DNA from: Desulfobacterales bacterium
Lineage (GTDB): Bacteria; Desulfobacterota; Desulfobacteria; Desulfobacterales; UBA11574
Direction: 5' to 3'
NCBI GenBank assembly: GCA_020345745.1
Contig: CP070768.1
Span: 2,494,672-2,550,912, forward strand
DNA length: 56,241 nt
Shown: positions 48,238-56,241 of the stretch, piece by piece
How positions within the stretch are numbered: position 1 is the stretch's first letter
How the letters are laid out: the number at the start of each line of letters is the position of its first letter
Translations under genes and position numbers: made by a program
Notes under the pieces: model-generated
Database searches by the model: none
The model's input: the letters and a program-made list of their open reading frames with translations, nothing else
What the model was told of the DNA's origin: nothing

Positions 48238-49275
48238 ATGGAAGCACTCAAATGCAGATTAAAAGAACAAGGATTTTCTGCTGGGAGCTGCCTGGTTGAA
48301 GTAGATGGAAAGCGGGTGCTTGCTTGTCAGGCCACATTAAAATTTGAGAACAATCAAATCTATCGACGCATTACTTCCATTCATCTTTCCCGTCCTGAAA
48401 ATTACCTTTCCATTTATCAATCAGGATGTAACTTTTCCTGTAAAAAATGCCATTCCTGGTATTTTAGCAAGAAAAAAGACGGTACCTGGTACACACCGGA
48501 GGCGCTTCTTAAACAGGCCATTTCTTACGAGAAATCAGTCAACCTGATAGAACCCAAAGCCAGAGCAACGTCATTTCATGCTCACGATACCTGCCGTTGC
48601 TGCGGGAGTTGCGTGCTTTACGGAAAGCGACCAAGCGCGTGCCCCGGGATCATGCAGCCTGAATCGATTGTTATGAGCCCTCAGGGATTCGGTCCGGTCC
48701 GAAATATCGTCGCATTTACCGGTGGTGACCTGACCTGTTGTCCCGAATTTTACGGTGAGTTTGCATCGCTTGTTCATACCCATACCCAGCTATGGGTAAT
48801 GATTGAAACCAATGGTTTAGGTTTAACCAATCAAAATCTTGATTATTTTCAATATTCAGGCGTAGACGCCTTTTGGCTCGACATCAAGGCTTATGATGTC
48901 AACAAACACAAATGGCTAACCGGATGTTCCAACCAACACATATTGAAACTGCCTGAAGAAATCCTCAAACGGGAGTTTACGTTGGAAGTTCTATCACTCT
49001 ATATTCCGGGACTGGTTGAATCCGACGAACTTGAAAGTATCGCTTTTACTCTAAAAAAAGTCGATGCCTCAATCCCCTTTACCATTCTTGCCTTCTTCCC
49101 CGAATATCGCATGAAGGATGTTAGCCCTCCCACGGTTCAGCAAATCGTAGAAGCCTATGAACGGGTCAAGAATGTGGGGCTAAAGAATATCCGCCTTGGG
49201 AATATAGGTGTCTTTGTACGAACTGAAGAAGACCAGGAATATTTTCTGTCTCACGTTGACCCGGGTGCATATTGA
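48238..49275 (+). CDS. Radical SAM protein, PflA-activase-like (COG1180/COG2108-like)
   Basis: 345 aa with CNFSCKKC (CX3CX2C), an extra Cys-rich insert DTCRCCGSCV, and a C-terminal IPFTILAFFPEYRM...VGLKNIRLGN shared with the gene at 50624. Confidence 0.8.
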   Translation: MEALKCRLKEQGFSAGSCLVEVDGKRVLACQATLKFENNQIYRRITSIHLSRPENYLSIYQSGCNFSCKKCHSWYFSKKKDGTWYTPEALLKQAISYEKSVNLIEPKARATSFHAHDTCRCCGSCVLYGKRPSACPGIMQPESIVMSPQGFGPVRNIVAFTGGDLTCCPEFYGEFASLVHTHTQLWVMIETNGLGLTNQNLDYFQYSGVDAFWLDIKAYDVNKHKWLTGCSNQHILKLPEEILKREFTLEVLSLYIPGLVESDELESIAFTLKKVDASIPFTILAFFPEYRMKDVSPPTVQQIVEAYERVKNVGLKNIRLGNIGVFVRTEEDQEYFLSHVDPGAY

Positions 49276-49284
49276 CCGGACCAG

Positions 49285-49367
49285 CATTTCGGATCCCGCC
49301 CAAGCGGGATGAGCCTAACGTCCCGCCTTTGGCGGGAGACAAAAAGGAACGTTTTTCAAAGGTTTCC
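49285..49367. repeat. Rep-A-related mosaic end with two GC-rich stem-loops
   Basis: TCCCGCC-caa-GCGGGA (49294-49309) and TCCCGCC-ttt-GGCGGGA (49321-49337), then gtttttcaaaggtttcc (49351-49367). Near-duplicate of 30157-30228. Overlaps the last codons of the M28 peptidase gene. Confidence 0.75.
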
Positions 49368-50366
49368 GTGATGAGAAGTGAAAAAGATCACCAGACTTTC
49401 AACCAGCCGGGCCATGAACCCAAAATCTAATTTGTCCATGGTATCTGACGACATGTGATAATGAGGGTTGCGAAAAAAAGCTGTGTCCGTAATCATGACC
49501 GCCTTGTACCCCTTATCCCAGAAAGAGGCATGGTCGCTGAGCCTCACGGCAGGAAGCAGCCAGCCGCCCAACGGAACGGTAAGTTTGATAACCGGAAGTT
49601 CGGGATTCTTTCGGAAACTTTGAAATAATGCCTGAGTAAGGCTTCTGGAGCTCAAATTACCGACAATGCCGATATAGTCCCCTAGCTTCGGATAGCCGAA
49701 AAACATCAAGGGAAACGGATAATTCTGGCACCCCGGTTGACGGCAAGTATAACCGACCATCTCCAAACAAATCATCCCATCGATTGGTTCCTTCTCCTTC
49801 CAGGCCTTTAGCGCATAAACCCGGCTCCCCATGTGTCGCGTGGCGTACGCCGGGGGCTCCTCCAGAGCAAATGAGACAAATTTAACAGCCAGATCCAGTG
49901 TGCGCCCGTCGTTCATTGCATGTAATTGCCTGGCGGTTTCAAGCTGTACCGCTATGGCGCTCGCATTATCATCCGCACCGACCGTGCCGGCCACAGAGTC
50001 ATAATGCGCTCCCAAAATAAAACGATTTGACGGATGATCAACAAAAGAAATTTCCGACACGATGTTCGCAACCGTATAATCTCTGTATTGATAAGGTTCT
50101 TTGTGGACCGGTGCGCCAATATCCTGATAGAATGCTTCGATGTATTCAGCGGTTTTTTTAAGGTTCTGTGGTGTCAAGACGCTCCTTTCACCTATGGTCA
50201 CTGTCAGTGCCTCCAGGTGATCATGCAACCGTTCCGTCGTCTTTTTGATGTCAATCATAGATCTCCTTTCAGCACCTGTGCGCATGGGACGAATCAGAAA
50301 AACTACAAAAAATAACCCTGTTAAAAGAATAGACCATTTCATAATTGAAAACCTTTGAAATATCAA
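49356..50366 (-). CDS. M28-family metallopeptidase with an N-terminal signal/TM segment
   Basis: GAHYDSV, GADDNASAIAV and FVSFALEEPP. The track start is a TTG at 50366; the alternative ATG is at 50342 (MKWSILLTGLFFVVF). Confidence 0.75.
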   Translation of the reverse strand: MIFQRFSIMKWSILLTGLFFVVFLIRPMRTGAERRSMIDIKKTTERLHDHLEALTVTIGERSVLTPQNLKKTAEYIEAFYQDIGAPVHKEPYQYRDYTVANIVSEISFVDHPSNRFILGAHYDSVAGTVGADDNASAIAVQLETARQLHAMNDGRTLDLAVKFVSFALEEPPAYATRHMGSRVYALKAWKEKEPIDGMICLEMVGYTCRQPGCQNYPFPLMFFGYPKLGDYIGIVGNLSSRSLTQALFQSFRKNPELPVIKLTVPLGGWLLPAVRLSDHASFWDKGYKAVMITDTAFFRNPHYHMSSDTMDKLDFGFMARLVESLVIFFTSHHGNL

Positions 50367-50623
50367 TTATAAATAAAATATCCAGATCCAGAGAATCTGG
50401 TAATGGTGCCATCTCATAACAGTGGAGCCTACCCTTAAAAACCAACCGGGGTAATGGAATGCTGGAGTAGTTGAGTATTGGGTATAAAAAATTAATAGGA
50501 TTCCACTAAACCCATTGCCCCAATACTCCATTATCACAATATTCCAGTTTAACCAGATAAGATAGCATAGCTTTTGTTTTTAACCTTGCCATAAGATTCA
50601 AATTTCAAGTACTATAATCAACC

Positions 50624-51730
50624 ATGGGTACGTGTAAATACTGCCAGAGTCAAGCCGAGACCATCTCAAACACCATCGGCTATTGTGGTGACTGTATCCT
50701 GGACCACTTCGAAACCATATGGCCAGAAATAAAACAGGTTCATGACCACAGCCGTGCGGCCTTTGGTCTTCCTAAGGATCCCCCTCGGGCAAAAAATGGT
50801 ATATCTTGCGGCCTGTGCATCCACAGATGCCGAATTCCCGATCACGGAACGGGTTTCTGTGGTCTCCGATACGTACAAAACGGAAAGATCCGTGGGGGTA
50901 GGCCTCACGAAGGAAATCTGTATTACTACCACGACCCCTTACCGACAAACTGTGTCGGCGATTTTGTCTGCCCTGGCGGAACCGGCTGCGGCTATCCTGA
51001 ATACGCCGTTGCAAAAGGACCGGAATATGGACACAACAATCTAGCCGTATTCTATCATGCGTGCGCATTTAATTGCCTTTATTGTCAAAACTATCATTTT
51101 AAAACAAAAACATTTTCTGCCAAAACGACGCCGGCAAAAGCACTGGCCGAGGCCGTGAATAAACAGACAACGTGTATCTGCTATTTCGGAGGAGATCCAA
51201 CACCTCAGATACTTCATGCAATAAAGGCTGCAAAAATAGCTGTTAACAACGCCAGAGACCGAATACTAAGAATATGCTGGGAAACAAATGGTGCTGTTCA
51301 GGAGCCTTATCTGTCCATGATGGCGGATGTGGCTCTAACGTCGGGTGGGTGCATCAAATTCGATCTAAAGGCTTGGAACGATAGCATTCATCATGCCCTT
51401 TGCGGTGTGTCCAACGCCAAAACTCTGGAGAATTTCAGAACGTTATCAAAGCTGGCAGGACAACGGTCGAATCCTCCGTTGCTGATTGCAAGCACACTGC
51501 TCGTACCCGGATACGTTGATGAATCCGAAGTCTCTTCCATCGCCAAATTCATTTCCGATCTTAATCCGCATATTCCTTACAGTCTGTTGGCTTTTTATCC
51601 TCAATTTTATCTCCACGATCTTCCTACAACCGCACGATCCCATGCACTTCGCTGTCGCTCGATTGCCGAGAAAGCCGGCCTGAAAAACGTCCATGTGGGG
51701 AATGTGCACCTACTAGCTGAAGATTACTAA
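50624..51730 (+). CDS. Radical SAM protein, PflA-activase-like with an N-terminal Cys-rich extension
   Basis: 368 aa with CKYC...CGDC and CGLCIHRCRIPDHGTGFCGLR at the N-terminus, CAFNCLYC (CX3CX2C), and IPYSLLAFYPQFYL...AGLKNVHVGN. Confidence 0.8.
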   Translation: MGTCKYCQSQAETISNTIGYCGDCILDHFETIWPEIKQVHDHSRAAFGLPKDPPRAKNGISCGLCIHRCRIPDHGTGFCGLRYVQNGKIRGGRPHEGNLYYYHDPLPTNCVGDFVCPGGTGCGYPEYAVAKGPEYGHNNLAVFYHACAFNCLYCQNYHFKTKTFSAKTTPAKALAEAVNKQTTCICYFGGDPTPQILHAIKAAKIAVNNARDRILRICWETNGAVQEPYLSMMADVALTSGGCIKFDLKAWNDSIHHALCGVSNAKTLENFRTLSKLAGQRSNPPLLIASTLLVPGYVDESEVSSIAKFISDLNPHIPYSLLAFYPQFYLHDLPTTARSHALRCRSIAEKAGLKNVHVGNVHLLAEDY

Positions 51731-51732
51731 AA

Positions 51733-51792
51733 GCCATCTCAAAAATATATCTAACGCCCAATTACAGTGTTGCGAGCCTCTTCAAAGGTCTC
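51733..51792. repeat. Half Rep-C copy fused to a Rep-A end
   Basis: gccatctcaaaaatatatctaacgcccaattacagtgttgcgagcctcttcaaaggtctc. Fills the gap between two convergent genes and overlaps the stop of the M55 peptidase gene. Confidence 0.7.
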
Positions 51793-52696
51793 GCGGTTGC
51801 AATCCTTGTCGCACCCAATAAAGACCCATACGACCCCACAGGTCATACATGAATAGCCAGAATGTAATCATTTTTTCTTTCAGGGGTGTCAAGTAACAGA
51901 GTCTGATCAAATCCTCATACAGAATATGGATATCAGGGGCGTCAAGAAAAATTCGGGCGTCTTGATGACGAAAGTCCCATCGGTTTGCCATTTTTCGAGC
52001 AACGTGTTTGCCGTCCCTCATGGTCACCACAGCCTTGAAAGGGCCTTTGGGTGTGAAGGGTTTAGTCGAAATATTCGTGAGTGAGGCCACTGCGGCTTGT
52101 TTGAGTCCAGCCCGCCAGACATCGGCGTCAAAGTTTTGAGGCCCTTGTCGTTTATCGATAGGATAGACGTGAATCATGTTAATCGCTGCCTTGGCTTGAC
52201 CACAGGCAACAGGGCAGCCTGAGAAAAAAATAGGTCGTATGCCATATGGGGCGAAAGATGCCGAAAAAAGCTCAACCTCGGACATCGGTTTTCCATTCAC
52301 TTCCAGGTAAGCAATGCGTGACGTTAGTGTATGGGCAAGAAACCCCCTGGTTCCGGAAGCGGCGTGCATGCCAAGAAACATGATCGCTTCTGCGGCTATG
52401 GGATTTCCCATACCGGGCACAGGGCCCAATTTATAACCGGAAATGATCCGTGCCGCCGGATGAACCTGTTCAGGTATGATATTATAACCGGTTCGATGAA
52501 AGTCTTTGACGGTTATTTCTTCCACCCCGGCCGCAAAAAGGGTTTTGACAACGTGATGGACATCCTGCGTCATGCCAACACACGCTCGCCGCCAATCCTT
52601 TGTCATAAATGATGCTGCGCGATAACTGAAACAACCGGAGCTGCCCTCCATATCTGAAACAATGAGAATTCGCTTGAACAAAGTGCTCATAACCAT
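51782..52696 (-). CDS. M55-family (DppA-like D-aminopeptidase) protein
   Basis: 304 aa with an ILIVSDMEGSSG N-terminal signature. Confidence 0.65.
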   Translation of the reverse strand: MVMSTLFKRILIVSDMEGSSGCFSYRAASFMTKDWRRACVGMTQDVHHVVKTLFAAGVEEITVKDFHRTGYNIIPEQVHPAARIISGYKLGPVPGMGNPIAAEAIMFLGMHAASGTRGFLAHTLTSRIAYLEVNGKPMSEVELFSASFAPYGIRPIFFSGCPVACGQAKAAINMIHVYPIDKRQGPQNFDADVWRAGLKQAAVASLTNISTKPFTPKGPFKAVVTMRDGKHVARKMANRWDFRHQDARIFLDAPDIHILYEDLIRLCYLTPLKEKMITFWLFMYDLWGRMGLYWVRQGLQPRDL

Positions 52697-52776
52697 TTCA
52701 TATCATTATATTTTAAAATATACAAATAGCTAACATCTGATCTCATTTTATGTATTACTTAACCAAATCCTTTCGT

Positions 52777-53694
52777 TTACTTGAGGATGCAGGCCATCGC
52801 CACCCACTGTTCCTTGGTAGCGGTTTCAATATCAGCGAAACCAAGACGACGCATCTTTTCTAAAACCACATCCTCGTCCGCTTCGGTTATCCCTGAAATA
52901 ATCAATACCCCATTGTCGTTAAGAAGCCTTTTTGCGTCATTCAAAAGCATGAATACAACCTTTTTTGACACATTGGCAGCAATAACGTCAAACGACTCTG
53001 TCACCCCGGTCGCCAGATTACCATGAATGACCGTGGCATCTTTTTCCGGTATCATGTTCAGGGATAAATTCGTTCGTGCAATGCCCGTGGCAATTTTGTC
53101 CTGATCGGTTCCACACACCCTTCGGGCGCCAAGCTTCGCCGCTGCAATCATCAAAATACCCGAACCGGTCCCTACATCCAGAAAAGAATCGCCGGCTTGC
53201 AAATACTTCTCAATCAGCATGATACATAAACAGGTTGTGGGATGGGTTCCGGTACCAAATGCCATACCCGGATCAATTTCAACAACGATCTCATCCTTCT
53301 TCCAAGCATATGCCCGCCAAACCGGCTTTATCACCACACGAGCACTGACCTTTTTCGGCCAAAAATAGTCCTTCCATGATTCAGTCCAATCAATCTCGTC
53401 TATTTCAGTACAAACCATGTCGCATTGAATACCATTTTCCTTTTCGAATCGTTTCACTTTTTGTTCAATAATTTGAAAATTTTTTTTCAAATTATCATCT
53501 TGCTCAATATAACCGATAACCGCATAATGTTCATGTTTGATGGCATCTTTTCCCCAGTCCTCTAAGGATTCGTCTGCGGGCTCCTCAACAACAACCCCTT
53601 GTAGCCCGCAGTCAAAAAAAATATGTGCGAGAAGATCAGAGGCTAGCCGGTTATCTTTAGCATCAAAATATATTTTGACTTCTACCCATTTCAT
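52777..53694 (-). CDS. prmA: Ribosomal protein L11 methyltransferase
   Basis: 305 aa with DPGMAFGTGTHPTT and LDVGTGSGIL. Confidence 0.88.
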   Translation of the reverse strand: MKWVEVKIYFDAKDNRLASDLLAHIFFDCGLQGVVVEEPADESLEDWGKDAIKHEHYAVIGYIEQDDNLKKNFQIIEQKVKRFEKENGIQCDMVCTEIDEIDWTESWKDYFWPKKVSARVVIKPVWRAYAWKKDEIVVEIDPGMAFGTGTHPTTCLCIMLIEKYLQAGDSFLDVGTGSGILMIAAAKLGARRVCGTDQDKIATGIARTNLSLNMIPEKDATVIHGNLATGVTESFDVIAANVSKKVVFMLLNDAKRLLNDNGVLIISGITEADEDVVLEKMRRLGFADIETATKEQWVAMACILK

Positions 53695-53730
53695 GGTTTT
53701 CTTATCGAGTCCGGCTATTTCATGTAACAG

Positions 53731-53875
53731 TTTTATCCAAGGTCAAGGGCCATTCCGCAGGACAGCGGAATTAGACAGCTGATAAGCTGTCCGTTAGGGC
53801 GAGGGGCAGGACGCCCTGAGCGGATTAAAATTTAAGCCTGACGCTGAGATTGGGTAAAAAAGGGCGTTTTTCAAA
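53731..53875. repeat. Rep-A family copy with a replaced interior and a truncated right end
   Basis: ttttatccaaggtcaagg... and ...ggattaaaatttaagcctgacgctgagattgggtaaaaaagggcgtttttcaaa parallel 21562-21672. Confidence 0.6.
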
Positions 53876-53919
53876 TCATAAAAAACCATAAAACCCCCTT
53901 ACCTGCAGCATCTGAGAAT

Positions 53920-55233
53920 TTACTTAAAACGTTCCTTGGGCGGATTAAAATAACCGAATTTTAGATTCGGAAATAAGGCTCGAATTTTGCTGAGAAGACG
54001 TTTCATTCCCATGGGGGGCCCATGTGCTTCAATATCAAACATGGCGCGCCAATATCTGATCGGATCAAAATTCAAGTTTCGCCACTGGATCATGTTGATC
54101 GGATGTCGCCTTAAAAATGCCATGAGTGCATCCACTTCTTCCGGTGTATCCGTGAATCCCGGAATATTCAGGTAGTTGATGGATACAAATCTGTTCTGAT
54201 CAAGCGCTGTATCTATGCTTTTTTTCACATCTGAAAACCGGTAACCCTTGGGGCGAAAATATGCATCATAGTATTCTTTTCTAACACTGTTTAAGCTTAT
54301 TCTAATGCTATCCAGTCCTGTATCGAACAGATGTTTCAATTTATCGGGTCTGCTGCCGTTGGTGTTCATGTTGATGGTGCCGGCTCGAGTTTCTGAACGG
54401 ATAATACCTATTGCAGCGTTAACGGTGTCAGCCACAAGTAAGGGATCTCCTTCACAGCCTTGACCGAAACTGACAATGCCGCGCTCTACCTTGCTGATAT
54501 GCGCAAGCGCCACCTCGGCAATCTCTTCCGGTGCAGGTTCAAAGGCGATTCTGTCCTGGCTGTGTGGAATCTGTTCATTGTCTTGTAAAGATAAACACCC
54601 CAGACATCGGGCATTGCAATGGGGCGACGTGGGCAGCGGTGCCTCGTACCTGCGCAAGAAAAAGTTCTTACTGGCAGGGCAACCATACTCGAGTGCACAT
54701 GTCTCAAGATGCGCTCTCAGTCTGTTATGCGGCATCTTCTCTTTCATCTTTTTTATGCCGGCAACAACATCAGGGGATCGCATCCATCTTAAATCCTGCC
54801 GTTTCTCCTTATCGACAGGAATCACTGCAGTTCTGAACCTTTCATCAGACCATCCCACCGCTCCGTAAGAAAAAAGGGGCAGATATACAGCACCGTCATT
54901 TTCGTTATAAGCACTGACATAAGATACCAAATGCCCTGGTGAGTTAAAAGCCGCCACCGGATAGACAGGTTCGCCGTGAATAACTGGATTCTCTGTAACG
55001 ATTTCGAACCTATGACGGCTCAAATTATACAAGACCGGCTGTCGATCCGGCATTAGCATCAGTTCACTTCCAAACGGCATGTCTCTTGTTTCATTCCATG
55101 TCAGGGGAACAAAGGCGTCACCCGCCATACCCACAGCAGCATATCCTTCTAATTCAAAAATCTCTCCATCAGGATTGGCGACAACCGCCTTCAAAAGCGT
55201 CTTTTTATCCTTCTCTTTTTTCTTCAAACGCAT
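53920..55233 (-). CDS. Radical SAM protein with an N-terminal domain of about 190 aa and unknown function
   Basis: 437 aa with CNARCLGC (CX3CX2C) at about aa 206, and SFGQGCEGDPLL. Confidence 0.75.
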   Translation of the reverse strand: MRLKKKEKDKKTLLKAVVANPDGEIFELEGYAAVGMAGDAFVPLTWNETRDMPFGSELMLMPDRQPVLYNLSRHRFEIVTENPVIHGEPVYPVAAFNSPGHLVSYVSAYNENDGAVYLPLFSYGAVGWSDERFRTAVIPVDKEKRQDLRWMRSPDVVAGIKKMKEKMPHNRLRAHLETCALEYGCPASKNFFLRRYEAPLPTSPHCNARCLGCLSLQDNEQIPHSQDRIAFEPAPEEIAEVALAHISKVERGIVSFGQGCEGDPLLVADTVNAAIGIIRSETRAGTINMNTNGSRPDKLKHLFDTGLDSIRISLNSVRKEYYDAYFRPKGYRFSDVKKSIDTALDQNRFVSINYLNIPGFTDTPEEVDALMAFLRRHPINMIQWRNLNFDPIRYWRAMFDIEAHGPPMGMKRLLSKIRALFPNLKFGYFNPPKERFK

Positions 55234-55495
55234 AAGTTTAATTCGATTTAATTGAACGCTTGGTAAGCATAACCAAACGAACGGAAATCATAAATAATCT
55301 TCCTAGGCCATTTTGTTTACGATCAATTAAGGTTGAAAATAAATCCGCAGTATTATAACCCTTTAAATAGCCCCTAATTGAGCGAAAGTTGGGAAAATGC
55401 GGCAATGATTATGTGGCATAGGGTTACTTTATTTTGGCAACGCTCATTGAGGGTAACAAATTCGTTCATATTATACAATACATGGGGGATATCAA

Positions 55496-55912
55496 ATGAA
55501 AAGCTATCGAAAAGAATTATGGTTTGAAGTACCATCGCGCAGAGGCCTGATCAATATTACACCTCAGGTTGAAAAATGTCTAAGAGAAAGCGGGATAAAA
55601 GAAGGTCTAGTTCTCGTTAACGCAATGCACATAACAGCCTCCGTTTTTATCAATGACGATGAAGCGGGTCTTCATCACGACTATGAAGTATGGCTTGAAA
55701 AACTGGCACCTCATGAGCCGGTTTCACAGTACAGACATAATACATATGAGGATAATGCCGACGCTCATATGAAAAGGCAGATTATGGGGCGTGAAGTGGT
55801 TGTTGCAATAACTGATGGAAAACTCGATTTTGGTACCTGGGAACGGATATTTTACGGCGAGTTCGACGGTAGACGACGCAAAAGGGTGTTGATTAAAATT
55901 ATCGGTGAGTGA
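55496..55912 (+). CDS. yjbQ: YjbQ/UPF0047 family protein (secondary thiamine-phosphate synthase)
   Basis: 138 aa with a GGGGGA SD and the motifs [17 protein letters not shown] and [11 protein letters not shown]. Confidence 0.8.
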   Translation: MKSYRKELWFEVPSRRGLINITPQVEKCLRESGIKEGLVLVNAMHITASVFINDDEAGLHHDYEVWLEKLAPHEPVSQYRHNTYEDNADAHMKRQIMGREVVVAITDGKLDFGTWERIFYGEFDGRRRKRVLIKIIGE

Positions 55913-56167
55913 TAAAATTTAACTTTTTCAATGAGTTGATGGAGCTATTATTCTCTTATCGCAGGATTGGGTTCGGCTGTGATCTCTATGAGATAGCACA
56001 GGTTTCATATCCGATCCTACGACCGCAATATTTTGGATAAACGGATAAATATAAAAACCGTGGACTGTATACGATAATCCACGCTTATTTCTAATGATTA
56101 GGGCCGAGCACTAATAGCCGTAGTGTGCAGTTTGAATATTACCCATTTGGGCCTTGAATAGGAGATA

Positions 56168-56241
56168 ATGCAGGCTGTAAAAAGTTCAAGATTCCTTTGC
56201 TCACTATTACTTATCCATATTAATTCATCAGGGCAAGTGGT
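56168..56241 (+). CDS. Possible 5-prime end of a secreted/membrane protein gene (runs off the window)
   Basis: AGGAG lies 5 nt upstream of the ATG at 56168. The frame stays open to the window edge (MQAVKSSRFLCSLLLIHINSSGQV). Confidence 0.3.
   Translation, partial: MQAVKSSRFLCSLLLIHINSSGQV

Overview
A 56.2-kb chromosomal segment, about 45% GC, dominated by housekeeping genes. Gene content is consistent with an anaerobic, Desulfobacterales-like deltaproteobacterium; that assignment is inference and no search was run.

Features. One long minus-strand block runs dnaE (cut by the window edge, so missing from the ORF track), guaB, sppA, rpsA, cmk, hisC, a four-subunit 2-oxoacid:ferredoxin oxidoreductase (OFOR), rarA, der and gdhA. 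The rest holds a second OFOR with a beta-gamma fusion, a PAS histidine kinase with a NarL-type regulator, a carbamoyltransferase/SxtJ/DUF5989/ornithine aminotransferase operon, an aspartate carbamoyltransferase (ATCase)-like gene, ihfA, aroB, a fused DAHP synthase (DAH7PS)-prephenate dehydratase gene, three radical SAM genes, two metallopeptidases, prmA and yjbQ. I found no rRNA, tRNA or CRISPR array.

Most notable observations:
1. An unlisted 27-codon Phe-rich leader peptide with a multi-hairpin attenuator and a near-consensus promoter upstream of the DAH7PS-prephenate dehydratase fusion.
2. A 1040-aa protein combining a zinc ribbon, a degenerate kinase domain, one transmembrane (TM) helix, an intact trypsin-like protease and TPR-like repeats.
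3. At least three families of MITE-like intergenic repeats with terminal inverted repeats (TIRs). One family supplies the stop codon and last residues of two peptidase genes. Another shows compensatory changes that preserve an internal hairpin.
4. An unlisted 52-aa DUF5989-type ORF that completes the carbamoyltransferase cassette.
5. A cluster of small Cys-rich ORFs downstream of the two-component pair.

All family assignments come from motif recognition by eye, not from database searches.
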